Origin: the human T2T-CHM13v2.0 reference genome, Homo sapiens
Assembly: GCF_009914755.1 (NCBI RefSeq)
Contig: NC_060942.1
Length of the DNA stretch: 64,000 bases
Direction: 5' to 3' (one strand)
In this document: in pieces, positions 15,962 through 36,874 of the stretch
Layout: every line of letters begins with the position of its first letter
Position numbering within the stretch: position 1 is the first letter of the stretch
The notes under the pieces: generated by a model
The model's input: only the letters and a program-made list of their open reading frames with translations
Database searches by the model: none
Told to the model about the DNA's origin: nothing
Position numbers and translations under genes: made by a program

Positions 15962-16021
15962 GTAAATCTTCATTTCTAAATTCATAAGAAAGTAAATCTT
16001 CCTTTCTAAATTCATAAGAAA
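15962..16021. repeat. 30-bp tandem duplication
   Basis: gtaaatcttc(a/c)tttctaaattcataagaaa twice, one mismatch. Confidence 0.95.
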
Positions 16022-16028
16022 GTATCCC

Positions 16029-16396
<368 letters not shown>

Positions 16397-16567
16397 CTAA
16401 GCCACTCTCAGGGAAGTTCTGCTCCTGAATCTCAGTGACCATTTAGTGACTCTTTAGCTCAGTCCCAGTTCTGGAGGCTGAGCCCAGAGCTCTGAGGAGA
16501 ACCACCACGTGGTTCCTGCCATTGGAAGACTCAGGGAAGCAGGCCTGAGACACGGGGAAAATCATGC

Positions 16568-16746
16568 TGTATCTCACTGATCCTAAGACACCAATGATTG
16601 TAAAACTTCCACTTATTTTATGTATTAGGGAGAAAGAAAAAAAAATTACACCATGACACATCATTGATTGTAAGAGCCTTCCTACTGTAGATATTCAATT
16701 AAAATGTGAAAGAAAAGAAGCACATGTTAGAACTGACGGACTATGG
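16568..16746. mobile_element. TcMar MITE (MER104-like)
   Basis: ctgtatctcactgatcctaagacac ... gcacatgttagaactgacggactatgg are degenerate inverted ends. Confidence 0.5.
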
Positions 16747-16949
16747 AAACTGCACGATGGTGTTGTAAGTAAAATGTCAGAGAAAGGTGTCCATCCAGGG
16801 AACCCTCCAACTGCACAGAGATCAGCCCAAGTGCCGAGAGGCCTCCACCTCCCAGCTTTGGCCGTGGGACTGCCAAATAGAAAATGACAACTGTCTAAGC
16901 CCAGGGCTGCTCACTCCAGGCCCTGCCTAAGGGCTCAGGGGATCGAGCT

Positions 16950-17420
16950 CTTTTTCCTCAGTCCCAGCAAGGCAGCCTGGAGAAGATGAGGACTGAACTA
17001 GGGCGGCAGCAGCTGTGAGGGTAGAGGAGGCACAGACTTGGTAATAGGCTGGATGTGGTGGGGAGGGGATACTGGGGAGTCCAAGGGGCCTCCAGGGTTT
17101 CTGACTTCGGTGATGATGACCAGGATTGGGGCTACCAAGTGAGAAGCAGGTCTGGAGAAACAGATCAGTTCCATTTCAGATGTCCGGGGAGAACCATAGG
17201 ACAGCAAGCCCCAGGGCTCTGCAGGGGAGCTGAGCTCAGCAGGAGGTATGGGCTGGAGATGGAGATTTGGGGGTCCTCTGTGAGCAGCAGGTGGCTGGCA
17301 CAATGGGTGTGGATGAGATTTTCCAGAAAGTATGTGGCATGAGGACAGAGGCTCCTAAGAAACAGCCCAGGGAAACCCTGAAGAGGCAGACAAAGGAAAA
17401 GGAAGAGAAAGATGGATGAA
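16950..17420 (-). mobile_element. L2 fragment
   Basis: gatcagttccatttcagatgtcc...gggctggagatggagatttgggggtc typical of L2. Confidence 0.65.
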
Positions 17421-18077
17421 GGAAAAGCCCAAGACACAGGAAGGGAACCAAGCAGGGAGGGGGCATGAAGGCCACGGGGGCCCGGAGAGGCCAGAGAAAG
17501 CGGGGGGAATGGTGGAAACAGACACGATGAGTCGCACAGACGAAGCCACCAGTGCCTTCAGCCAGGACAGTTTCAGGGGAACGGCGGGGGCAGAAGCAGG
17601 AGCAGCAGAAGGTGACAGGGACAAGAGGGCATGGACAACACCAAGCCCAGCCCTGAGGCCTGTGGCATGGGAGGGGAGAGAAGGGATGAGGCAGAGTGGG
17701 AGGTGCACGGGCAAGGCAGCTTGAGATTTTCCCGTGCGAGGGATGGTTTTGTAAACACACCCTTCCAGGGCTGGGTGAAGTGAGTCTCTTCTGTCTCTCA
17801 TTGTCACATGGGAAGGAGAGCCCATCCTCTCCTTGGTGCAATGACAACACCAAGGCATGTTTATGGGCCCAGGGAAATAAGCCAGTGACGAGGGAGAGGC
17901 TGACAGTGTAGAAGAGAGGAGAGATAATTGACAGGGCCACCTCCAAGGAGCGGCAGGATGATGGGGGGAGATCGGGTATGGTCATGGCCTCCTTTCCTGC
18001 ACACCTGTAAAAAGCATGTGGCCTGAGGTGACCAGCTGGCCTCTCTATAGTTTAAAAGTTCCAAAAATTGGGGGGGG

Positions 18078-18375
18078 GGGGGTGTGATGTTTTACACCTG
18101 TAATCCCAATGCTTTAGAAGGCTGAGGCAGGAGGATCCTTTAAGCCTAGGAGCTCGAGAATAGCCTGGACAACATAGCAAGACCCTATCTCTATAAATAA
18201 AAATTAAAAAGTAGCCAGGTGCAGTGGCTTGTGCCTGTAGTCTCAGCTGCTCAGGAGGCTGGGCCAGAAAGATCACCTGAGCCCAGTAATTTGAGGCTGC
18301 AGGGAACTATTACTGTGCCATTGTACTCCAGCCTGGGCGACAGAGCAAGACCCTGTCTCTAAAAATAAAAATAAA
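18078..18375 (+). mobile_element. AluJ
   Basis: Diverged dimer; TSD gttccaaaaattgg. Confidence 0.88.
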
Positions 18376-19058
18376 TTAAAATGTTCCAAAAATTGGTATG
18401 AAATCAAATAGCAAATGCCAGAAGAAAAAAAAAACTCCAAAAAGAAAGACCAATTTAAAACCACCTCTGATAACATTACTAATTGTTGCTGATGTGCAGA
18501 GCACCTACTGCATGCAGGAAATGGCTGGAAGCAGTTACTTAACAGTGATAGTTGCTGTGTTCTTCGAAAAAGTCTTGAACAAGCTGGTGTCATTATTACC
18601 ACCTTGCACAGATGGAGGCCTGGAAGGTGAAGGAGCTTGTTCTAGCTGGTATGAGGTATAGCTGATATTGGAGAGAAAAGCAAATTTCCCTGGGGTGGGC
18701 TAGTGCCGCGGCACCCTGTGTAAAACTCTGCTACGCCTTGTCCTGTGGTGCTGGATTGGCCGGGGGTAGGAATGCTTCCCCAGCAGGCCCACAGCAAACT
18801 CCTCTTTGTCTCCTGAGGGTCTGGGTCAGCCTGGCCTGGATCTGAGTTCAGTTCATATCAACAATATTCCCACGTATGTCTGGTGAATTGCAGCAAAGTC
18901 AAAACTGTGTCCCATGGTATCATTGATCACTATCAGGTAATCTTGCCTGGAGATTGGTGGCAGGAAGAGGCAGACACTAATTTGGGCCATAAAAAGAAGA
19001 GTACTTCTTTGAAATCTAAAACAAGGAAGTAACACTAGCATTTTGCATGATCGTTTAC

Positions 19059-19136
19059 CTCTTTCTGAAAACACTTCTGGTACCCACAGATGATAACTTC
19101 AGCTACATTATGCAAAGTGAGAAACACAGGAATGGC
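19059..19136 (-). CDS. TMEM241: TMEM241 coding exon (exon 5), 78 nt, phase 0-0
   Basis: tttctttcag|GCC ATT CCT...AAA GAG|gtaaac; AIPVFLTLHNVAEVIICGYQKCFQKE. Confidence 0.96.
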
Positions 19137-19894
19137 CTGAAAGAAAACAGAATAAAAAACATGAAAATATTTTCTTCGATCTCATAATCATATGGTTCTT
19201 GATTTTTTGCTTAAAAATAAAGAGCTGTGGAAACTTTTGGCATCCACATATATAATCACTCCAGCAAAGACTTCTACATGGATTAGCGCTCTTTGCTGCA
19301 GTATTTCTCTGTAGGTGGATGTAGAGGTTCCCCTCCTACGGGCATTCTCATCAACAAACATTTAAGTCTCCTGTGTGTCAGGCACTGCATCCGGTACAGA
19401 GAACACATCCCATGACAAGGTAAACATGCCCCCTCAGGCGAGAGCTCAGATGGGGCAAAAGTGCACCCCGCCCGGCACACGCAGAGCAAGCTTTCTTAGA
19501 GGAAGTGAAGTCCAAGAGGACTTGGACTACAAAGTGAAGTGAAGGAATGAGAACTGAACGATGAACTGGCATGGGCCAAACAAAAAGCAGGGAGGTGGCA
19601 AAGTGGCCCAGGCAGAGGGGCACACCAAGATCCAGAGGAGAGAGCGGATCCATCTTCTCCGGGGAATGGGAAGAAGTGGGGCATGGGTGGAACATAATGA
19701 GGAAGGGGGACGTGAGGGACAGGAAGGTAGAGAGGTATTCACAGGCCACACTGGGAAACAGGATGGTTCTGAGGGACCCAGGAACCAGTGAAGAGTTTTA
19801 AAGCTGACCATAACACGATCTGCATGTTTAGAGGAACTTGGGCTGCAGGGTGGAAGACAGGAGGCAGAGAGGGCTGCAAAAGTCTAGGGGCGCC

Positions 19895-20664
19895 ATAGGA
19901 TGAAAAATGGCCCCCTAAGGCCGGGCGTGGTGGCTCACACCTGTAATCCCAGCACTTTGGGAGGCCGAGAAGAGTGAATCACGAGGTCAGGAGATCGAGA
20001 CCATCCTGGCTAACATGGTGAAATCCCGTCTCTACTAAAAATACAAAAAAAATTAGCCGAGCATGGTGGCAGTTGCCTGTAGTCCCAGCTACTTGGGAGG
20101 CTGAGGCAGGAGAATGGCATGAACCCAGGAGGCAGAACTTGCAGTGAGCTGAGATCGCACTCCAGCCTGGGTGACAGAGCGAGACTCTGTCTCAAAAAAA
20201 AAAAAAAAAAAAAAAAGAAAGAAAAATGGTCCCCTAAAAGACATCCACATTCCAATCCCTGGAACCTGTAAATGTTGTCTGCTATGGCAACAAAGGATCT
20301 TTGCAAATGTGAGTAAATTGAAGATCTTGAGACAGGAGATTATCCTGGATTATTGGGTGGGCCCTAAATGCAGTCACACATATCCTTATAAGAGGAGGCA
20401 GGTTGACATGCACAGAGAAGGGGCAATGTGACCACAGAGGCAGAGACTGGAGTGATGCAGCCACAAGCTGGGCAATGCCGTGGCCACCAGAAGCTGAAAG
20501 AGGCCAGGAACAGATTATCCCCTAGAGGCTCAGGACCGGGCCCAGCCCTGCCCACACCTTGATTTCAAACTTCTGGCCTCCAGAACTATGAAGGATACAT
20601 TTCTGTTGTTTTAAGTCACCCAAGTATGTGGTAATTTATTACAGTAGCCACAGGAAATGAACAC
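19895..20664 (+). mobile_element. MLT1C/D-type MaLR LTR interrupted by an AluY/Sc (about 19919-20222)
   Basis: gagattatcctggattattgggtgggccctaaatgc and aacttctggcctccagaactatgaagg...tgtggtaatttattacagtagcc. Confidence 0.82.
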
Positions 20665-20951
20665 AAGGAAGGACAGGATGGTGACCTGAACTTGGTACTG
20701 GCAGCGAAGATGGAGGAAAGGGGCCACATCAAAGAAATATTTAAGAGACTGAACTGAAGTAAATATTTGAATAACTGGATAAACTCTCACCAAAAAAAAA
20801 AAAAAAAAAGGAGAAAATATAAAAAATGTAACAGTGCATTATTAGGATATACTGGTACCTACTGCACATTTCCCATTGCTGGGACATTTGTTAAGAGTGG
20901 CATACTCTCCTAATGGATAGGTAGCCTTGACAAGGTGAGGGGGGAGAATGA

Positions 20952-21278
<327 letters not shown>

Positions 21279-22714
21279 TGTTGTCTTTATTGTTGATAAT
21301 GATAATGATGCTTCCTGGAAGGCAGAAAATGAAAATAAGAGCACAGGTTTTGTCATCACTCTGGGCTCCAGCTCCACCACCTGCTAGTGGGGCAAGGTCT
21401 GCATCCAAACTTTTGTTTCCTCCCCTGTAAAGCAGGGATAACAATACCCCATAGCCTGGAGCTGCCAAGAGGAACGACCCAAATACTATAGGTTAAGGAC
21501 CTTGATGAGTGGCTCAGCAGCACTGCACAAAGGGTGTCAATAACATTAACTGGTAGCCCCGCCCTCAGCAGCCTCTGCAGAGGACCAACCTGGGTAAACT
21601 GCTCCAGTTTAGAGGACCTGCTTCAAAATTATGCCGCTTGCCTACTTTCAGATGAATTTATTCTTTATCTTTACGGAGGACATATTTTTACCTTGTTTTT
21701 AAAACTTCTATAGCTTTATATAGCTGTGCCATTTTAGTAATCTGTTCTAACTCGCACTGTTTCATTTCTGAGTTCTTGCCTTACATTTTTCTTACCTTTT
21801 TAAAAAAACATTTTCTATTTTTATCTTTCATTAAAAGTTCAACTCAAATTGTTTTTTTCTTTTAAAATAGAACTATTTTAGCTTCTATTTTTTCATTTAT
21901 CTTTGTGTTTCTTTTTATTCCTCTTAAATTTTTAGATTTTAACTTATTTTTCATGTTTGTTAAGATTATTAAAGAGATTACATATTTTAAAGTTGGCTTT
22001 CTCCATTAGGCCCATGTTTGGCAAACTTGGGCCCTGGCCTTCCAATTCTTGGCTTGAAAGGACAGCAAAAAAAATCTTGGACAGGTTAATCACATGACAC
22101 ATGGAAGCTAATATTAAAGTGGGGGCTGGATCTTACTGAATTAAGACCTTATGTAAATGTTTTTTGCCTCCTTGGCTATAAAATCAGTAATGAGGTCAGA
22201 TAATTCTAGACCCAACTTTAGACTTCGACAAGGCTTAATTTTCTCAATTTTAGGACCTGCAGGCTGTTTTCTCAATCTTCCTAGGCCCTTACTCTGATCA
22301 GATTCTGGAAAAGGATCTATTTATACATGTAGAATTAATTTTAAAGTACACTAACAATAGCCACCAACAATGTGTTAAACATAGTGCTAAGTATTTTATG
22401 TGTATTCTCTTATTTAAACCTCCTCCCAGCACCTCTCTTACCAGATGCTATTACCCTGATTTTATAAACAATGAAAATGGGGCTGAGAAAGACTGGCCAC
22501 TTGCTCGAGTATTCACAGCTGGTTCAGTGGCAAAGCCATGACCCCAATCCAGGCCTGTCTAACAGCAAAGCCCACACCTTCTAGCCTTGGAGTTGTGACG
22601 CACAAATTATGTCAAGCCACAGTGAAAACTTCCGGGACCTCCAATTGTCCAAAGTTCAATATGACTGGTGTGTTCCAAATCCTGGCCATTTGCTTACTCC
22701 AGTAATAAACCTGC

Positions 22715-23400
<686 letters not shown>

Positions 23401-23622
23401 GCTGGTAAGAACTAAAATGGATGAACTCAGAGTAAACCTATGGCTTTTTTAAAAAGGCTTTCTTCTACTCCTGCTTAATAAATTTTAAATCTGATTTTCT
23501 CAAGCCATTTTTTCTACTGAGAAGCTAACAGGCTTTAAAGACCCTTACTCTACAATTGACCAGTTGCACTCTATCAGCCTGTGTAGGGCTCTATTAAAAA
23601 CAATATTAAGACAGTTTGCACC

Positions 23623-27283
<3,661 letters not shown>

Positions 27284-27289
27284 TAGATT

Positions 27290-28730
<1,441 letters not shown>

Positions 28731-28758
28731 GTTCAATGTTAATAATAAGCCATTTTAT

Positions 28759-29073
<315 letters not shown>

Positions 29074-31179
29074 GCCATTTTATAAAAGTTACAGGACAAT
29101 TTTTAGAGGGAGCAAGATGATAAGAAAAATCCAGGGAGGAGTTTACTGTATTGCCACTGAGCCCACATTTTAAAAACTTATCCTTGTAGTTGGACTCTGA
29201 TCACCTGTGATGAAAACACAGTGTGACAGAGGGAGCTGCCTCTCATCAGCAGTAACAGGGACATTAGGGGCGGATGCTCCATTCTACACCAACATTTACA
29301 CTCTTCCTTTGTGGATCCAACTTCCTTTATGATATTGGAGCCACACAAAGACAGAGAGGACCCACGGGTACCATTTTGCTTAACTGAGTAACTCACTCCA
29401 CATGGGTTTAATGATCCATATGTGTTTCCTCATCAACATCCCCCTACCGCACACACAATCCCATCTCCATCCCCAGTATGTTGAGTGAATATTGTGCTCA
29501 TGGAAGAGAGAAACAAGGACAAGCCATTAGGAAGGACCAAGATCAAAGAGCTCAGCAAGGAAAACAATTCCTGTCCTGTCAAGGTGCCTTGACCTAGACT
29601 TCTAGGGTCCCTCCAGCTGCAGACCCTGGCCTCCCCCAAGCAAGAAAACAGCATGGCTTGAGCCAAATTGCCAATGCCAGGATGGCCTCTCTCCACCAAG
29701 CTCAGTAATGTATGAATTTGTACATCTTTTCTGAACACTGGCCAGCACAGGCTGAGGCAGTCCTGTCCAGCTGAGAAGGCTTTTGACCAGGAAATTATAA
29801 GAAGAGTCATGAGCCATCAAAGTCATACTGTCCCTCCAAGACTGACACTCACCCATCAGAGCCATGATCACTGTGACCTTACTCAGTGTAGGAAAGCTGG
29901 GCAAGCAGGCCCGAATCAGCCCAAGTCCAACTCACACTTCATCAAGATTGGTGACAGAAAGTGCCTGGCACATGCTTAACATCAAATATTCATGGTGGCT
30001 GTTCCCATGGTGAGCTGTGTGTCTTTCACTCCCTGCCCCATCCCTTTCAGTTCCTCAAGGTCAGAAACCAGGTCTTATTTGTCTTTATGCCCCCAACACA
30101 TAGTAGGTCCCAAATAACTATGTAGTGAATGGACAGCTACAAGAAAAATCTCCTTTCCCTTAACTCTGTAGATCATTTGGTTGTGAGTCTGAGGTAGAAA
30201 AATCAACCAAGAGCTTTTCCCATAGCATCTGTGCAGAGTTAACTCAGCTTCCTCCCAGAAGCTACAGATCAGGAGAACAGAACTTCAAGGTCTTGTCAGA
30301 TAAAGGAGGGCTTTATGGAGCAGAGCTACCCCGAAAGTGTTTTGCATAACAATACATCTACGGATTTTAATGGAGCGCTTTTCCCCCATTCCTTATGGAT
30401 TCATTAAACTGACAGCTTGGCACCAGCATATTGATGCCTGTTTTCTATCCAACACAAACTGTACAAGTGCCTCATGTTTATCCACCCTATGAATTTCTAA
30501 GCAACGATGTAAAAACAAAGAACTCAGAAACAAAGAAAAGATGCTGGGTTGAGTTATTTTACTATAAAACAATAATAAGCATCTGCTTTCCGCCCTCCTC
30601 CCACTCTAATTGGGTGTATTTGGTTTTTGGTTGTTTCCCTTTGTTCAAAGATTTTGAATTGCAACAGCTTCTTTTTGCTTATTTAAGAAGAATGTGCTCT
30701 CAGCAGGGTGCATGGCCCGTGTCTGTAGTCCCAGCTACTCGGGAGGCTGAGGCAGGAGGATGACGTGAGCCCAAGAGTTTGAGGCCAGCATGGGCAACAC
30801 AGTGAGACCCCCATCTCTAAAAAAAGGCTGTGCTCTAGAGGAATGCCACTCAAAGTGCTGGTCCTCGAGAAGATAAGGAGTTGGCAAGAGAATGTAAAAT
30901 CAATGCATCGCTTCCTCCTTCAAAATGTCTTGCAAAAAAAAAAAGCCAGCTCAATTAAACAGTGTGATTAGTGCCAAAGTCGATCTCTTCATGGACAGGT
31001 AACAAAGAATTCAAAGACCAGGACAGCTGCAGATCACAGCTCAAGAAGCGTTGTTGAAGGCTGCAGAACTCCCCAACTGCCTGAAAACACACTAGACTGA
31101 CATTTACCATGGTCTTCTGAGAGGGTTTGGCAACTTAGTATCAGTACCTCTTTGTGTGTGTGTGGGGCGGCGGGGGGAG

Positions 31180-31740
31180 GGTAAAGCACTCCAACATTGA
31201 GGATCCATTACAGCCTGCTCTCCATATCTGGGACCCAGGCAGAGATCCTACATGAATAGGCCTCCAAGTGTCTCCAACCACAGTGAATGGTTCAGGGAAG
31301 TCTTGAACCAGGGCTGGCCAATCAACATAATTCCAACCTTGTGGTCAGTTTTCAGATCAAGGATGGGCAGTGGCCCTGACTGATCCAATCAGAGTGAAGC
31401 CTGGGACTCATGCAGGAACTACCAGGAAAATGGTCTCTTTCCACTAAAGTTGTGAGAATGTGAGGCTGCAGTTGACACCCATTGTTGGGGGCAGCTGTAC
31501 AACACTCATTGTTGCTATAGGGGTGGGCTGGATGTGAAAAGAAACAAAGATGGGGAGCAGAATTGAAAGACAGAGAAACTGGATTCTGAGTGTAATACTG
31601 GAGCCTCTGGACAAAGCCATTCGTGACGTAGGTTTCTACCCCAAGACTTTTCAGTTATATGAACTGGTAAATCTTCCTTTTGCTTAGACCAGTTTTTGAG
31701 CTTTCTAACACTTGCAACTGAAAGAGTCTAATGTTATACA
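31180..31740 (+). mobile_element. Old MaLR LTR (MLT1J/K-like)
   Basis: ccaatcagagtgaagcctgggact and end ttctaacacttgcaactgaaagagtctaatgttataca. Confidence 0.65.
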
Positions 31741-33634
31741 ATGACTACTACACCCTGGGCTCACTCTAAAATCCATACGCATTGGCCCTAAAGAAACAAT
31801 TCTGAAAAGGCAAAAGGTGGGGAGTTAGAAGAGCTGCCATGCCAGGTGCAGTAGCTCATGCCTGTAATCCCAGTGTTCTGGGAGGCTGAGGCGGCAGGAT
31901 TGCTTGCGCCCAGGAGGTCAAGATCAGTCTGGGCAACAGAGCAAGACCCCATCTCTAAAAGAAAATAAATAAATAGCTGGGTGTATTGGCAAGTACCTGT
32001 ATTCCCTGCTACTTGGGAGGCTGAGGTGGGAGGATGACTTGAGCCTATTGAGCCCAGAAGGTCGAGGCTCCAGTGGGCTGTGATTGTGCCACTGCACTCT
32101 AGCCTGAGCCACAAGACCACAAGAGCAAAACTCTGTCTCAAAACAAAAACAAAAAAACGAGAGCTGCCACTATCTGGGACTAGAGGCAAGTTTAGCAAGA
32201 CTTTCCACACCTACATCTCTTCCTCTGTCAAGTGGTTAGCAGCTGCCTCACCTATCATCTGTCAAAAGATTGCAAGAATCACATAAAAGGACACGAAGGA
32301 AATCACTCTGGAAGCCTATGAAAAAAAGCACTGTATGAACAAAAAGTATTATCATTATGAACATAACACCTTGTTATTCAAACTTCAAAATTCTGGCAAA
32401 TGTAACTATCCAGAGCCTAGAAAAAAATTTAAAAGAATTTGAGCAACACATTGCTTTTACCAAAATCCAATAGTCTATGGCGTAGGAGAGGAAACACTCT
32501 TTGCAGGCCAAAGGGTATAAACTGAGGCGGTAAGAGCCTGAGAACAAAGAAGGCACAGCAGACAGCCAGGGCAAGCCTCGTGGTCTGAGCTGAGCAGCAA
32601 CATGCACCGTGGGTCAGTTCTCAGGCCCACCCAGGAAAGTTCTTCCCCATTGCATATATCACCCCATCTACTCAAGCTTATGAATCATGAAAGAAAAATG
32701 ATTATTTAATTTCAAAATTACAGTCCTCACTGCTATTTTGCAACTTTGGAGTTGCTGTCCTAACAACAACATTGTTATCCAATTAGGCAGATTTTATTTG
32801 TTTGTTTTTACTGTTTTTATAGCTGAGATCTAAGGGGCTAACATAACAACAAGAATTTTACATTAAAAGACTAAAATGTTTTGCACATTCTGCACTTTCC
32901 CCAAAGTCAGAATACAACTATTTTCTAATAGATAAAAACAGTTAGTAGTCATGGTACAAGACTGGAGGAGGTATTAACATCATTCCTGATTTTTAAGCCA
33001 CCTTCTGTTAATGATGGTTTTAATGGATTCTCTTTTGATGGCAAAATAAATAAATTTTTGGAGTTCCAAATAATGTATCTGGAAGTAACTTAGCTCTTCA
33101 CAGTTCCTGCATTTGAGGAGCTCAGTCCTGCAGAGAAGTGGTGGGAGGACAAAACAGTCAGCTTGTTTTACTAGCTTCCCCGTGTACAGGACATCAACCC
33201 TGTGCCAGGCATTTGCATCCATGACCAAGCTCACCAGGCCACGTTACCAATGGGCAGGGTTTGGTTCCTCAGAAGCAAGGAGTAGTTTGGGCCCTGCCTC
33301 CCTGCTCCTGTGGACAGCCTGCATTCAGGCAGAGTTGGGGCATTCCCACTCTGCCCATCTCCACGGGGAAGCAGTCCCAGCAGGGCCCGTCTCTGGCCAG
33401 CTCCACGAATACCATTACTCTTTCTTCTGCTTCTCCCTGTGCATCCCCACCTTGTAACACAAGTTGGCCTTCCCTGTTATCTGATTATCTTCAACTCAAC
33501 AAAAGGGAGTAATAGGTCCCATTATTATCATTATTAAAGTGATTCTTTGCCCTTATTGAGCTGAGGCATGATAAGTTAAAAGGCAAAGGGGAAAGGGAGA
33601 GAGGAGTTGTTTCCCCTGAACCTCTAATACTTAC

Positions 33635-33716
33635 CAGTCTGGACAATGCTCTGGACCCAGCATAGATTATACCCACAAACAGCACTGAAGCAGGAAGCCA
33701 CACAAGAACATGAGAT
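33635..33716 (-). CDS. TMEM241: TMEM241 coding exon (exon 4), 82 nt, phase 2-0
   Basis: cttttcag|A TCT CAT...AGA CTG|gtaagt; (R)SHVLVWLPASVLFVGIIYAGSRALSRL, visible in ORF 33491..33754. Confidence 0.96.
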
Positions 33717-34391
33717 CTGAAAAGAGGGGAAAAAAGCAATAACACTTTTGCCACTTTTTGTTAAGAAAGACCTAGCTGGAAAGGCTGACCCTCCAGATGC
33801 ATCAACTACAACAACAGAGGCTGTCTAAAAATCCCTGGCAGACTTGTTAAGTGAGATGTAGTCTTTATCGATTGAGTAGTGGAGGCAGATAAAGCCATCC
33901 TACCTACAATCCCATCATTACTGATCATCTAGCCTAAGAGATCCCAGAAATGGAAATGGCAAACGCCTTGCTGCAGCTTGGAAGAGAGAACAGATCTGGT
34001 TTTTTCCAAGGGCAGTGAACATTATTCTTTGGATTTTAAGTAACCAAAAGTTTTGAATCCACTACAGATTATTAAAAATTGAAAAGGTTATTTACCCAGG
34101 CTACACCAAACAGCTCCGTGGAATCACAACAAAAAGAACCAGTTTCAAGGGATGAAATTGAAAAAAAGAATCCCAGAACTTCAGCTGGGTGGCCATAGGC
34201 TGGCTTTTTCAACCATTAACCTGGCATTGCTGGAATTCTGGTTCAGGGACCCTTTAAGGACTTCTGAAGAGTACATTTATTTTTCAATTGTAGCCACACC
34301 ACGAACTGCTTTTCTCTTACAATTTAGAATCAAAATCCTAGTTCTCACACACAGTGCATATCACTGAGGTTGCAACCTGCTTCTCTCATCA

Positions 34392-34586
<195 letters not shown>

Positions 34587-36718
34587 TCAGGAGGCCAAGG
34601 GAGGAGAATCACCTGAGCTCAGGAGGCAGAGGTTGCAGTGAGCCAAGATCACGCCACTGCAATCCAACCTGGGCGACAGAGCAAGACCTTGTCTCAAAAA
34701 AATAAAAAAAGAAGCATATTCAATCTACTAATTCAAGTTCCCAGAGTTATCCTAATAATGAATAAAAATAAATGAAACCATTCCAGCAGGATATAACATA
34801 ATAATCCCAACTAACTCAATGAACTGATCTCCTGGAATGATGCCTGCTCAAGAAATGTTCTTTGTTAATTTTATTAGCATGGGCAAGCACTCCATCCAAG
34901 ATCAGGTCTGATCTGTACAACTTCCTGGAGAACCTAGCATTTAAATGTTTCCAGTCTAGCAAGGGCCTTCAATCCTTACTTGCTGCATAAACTCATTGTG
35001 CAAATACTTACAGCAACTTACAAGGTGCTGAGAATTATCATTAATAGCAGCATCACAGGTAACATTTATTGAACACTTGCCACAAACCAAGCACTTTGCT
35101 GGTTTTTTCTTTTATATGTTTTAAATGTGTTATATGCTGCATTTTTTGTTTTAAATGTTTTATATACTGCATCTTTCTTAAAGTTGCACAATAATCTTAT
35201 GAGGAAGGTATTTATTATTATTACCCTCATTGTACAGATGAGGAAACTGAGACAAAGAGTTTAGATAATTTGCCTGCGGTGAGAAGAGCTGGTAAATGGC
35301 AAAGCCAGAATTTGAATTGAGGTCTGTCTGGCTCCAAAGCCCTAGCTGTTAAACGCCCATTCATATTTTGCCTTCACGGACCTCATAATCTAATGGGAGA
35401 CACTGACATACAAATAGATAAGCTGCAAACACTCAGATAATTGACCAAGCAGCCAATTATCTGAGGGATATTCTGTTACACTAGTCGTGCTGTAATAGAT
35501 GTCAGCACCCCCAACCAAAAGATGAACAGAGAAAGGAAGATCCCATCCTCCATTGCAATGGATCAGGGGTGACATCAGTCAATTGCTATTCTTCTAGGAA
35601 GTGGCTTTTCCCACTTGACATTAAGCTCACATGAATCAAGGGAGGCAGGATACAGGCCCATGGCCTGTTGTGCACCAGAAGGAAGCACAGAGCACATACT
35701 GCAGGCAGGGCATTGAGGAGGAAGGAGGAGGTGCACTGGGTGAAACGGCAGCTGGCCTCACTGCGGGAGGCCCAGGACTTTGGAATGTAAGGTCAGCGAG
35801 GCCCCAGACATGTGTACTCCATGCCCTCTTAAAACAAAGAAAACTGCTGAGTTATATATTCCAAGAGGCATCAGGGTGTTTGAATGGCCATGGATGTGAG
35901 GAAAAGAAAACATGCCTAGGGAACACCTTGTATTTTAACCCTCCTACCCAAAAATACAAAGAAATAACTTTAACTAGAAAAGAGATACACAGGACTAGTA
36001 GGACCAAACAGACTTGTGGGAAGTGTTAGAGGACAGCGGAGTGAGCCTCTGGCTCCAGACGTGGGACCACCTCCCAGGCACAGGACCCCGGTGCTTGTGT
36101 TCTCCGAAGTCATCTCCCTCAGGGGCAACAGGGCCAAAGCAACACACACTCATGGCACTTCAGACACACAGGAGAGGCAGTGGACTGCAGAGCCACCATG
36201 CTGTCAGTGTGACGGCTGTCTTTCTCCACCACACACCAACCTAAGACCATAGCCGCTGCTAAGAATACATTTGAATCACTGGAAAAATGGCTGACAAAAC
36301 AGGTGTGGGCAAGGCAAGTGTGAAGGGATAGGGCAAAAAGGAAAAAGAATTAAAAATCAAAGACTCTTGATTTATATTGTTTCAAAGTACCAAAGGCCTC
36401 ATTCTACTTTAACCATGTATTTCAATGGAAAATCATAGAGTATATGCTAAGGGTAGTATATGCAAGAAACGGACACCAGTCAACAATCCACACACAAACG
36501 AAAAGCCTTACCACAAAATCAGCAAATTAATGCACATTTATATGTCTTTAATTAAAATAAATAGATTGTTTCAGCAAAAGATGATTCCCTAGGCCAGGTG
36601 CAGTAACTCACACCTATAATCCCAGCACTTTGGGAGGCCAAAATGGAAGGATAATTTGAGTCTGGGAGTTTCAGACCAGCCTGGGCAACACAGCAAGCCT
36701 GTCTCTACAAAAAATTTA

Positions 36719-36874
<156 letters not shown>

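Noticed and set aside
17236-17985. 249-aa minus-strand ORF, the longest non-L1 ORF
   Set aside because: Low-complexity Pro/Ser/Cys/Leu composition, overlaps an L2 fragment, several frames open in the same GC-rich DNA, and no recognisable domain.
33491-33754. 87-aa ORF as a standalone gene
   Set aside because: It is TMEM241 exon 4 plus intronic read-through on both sides.
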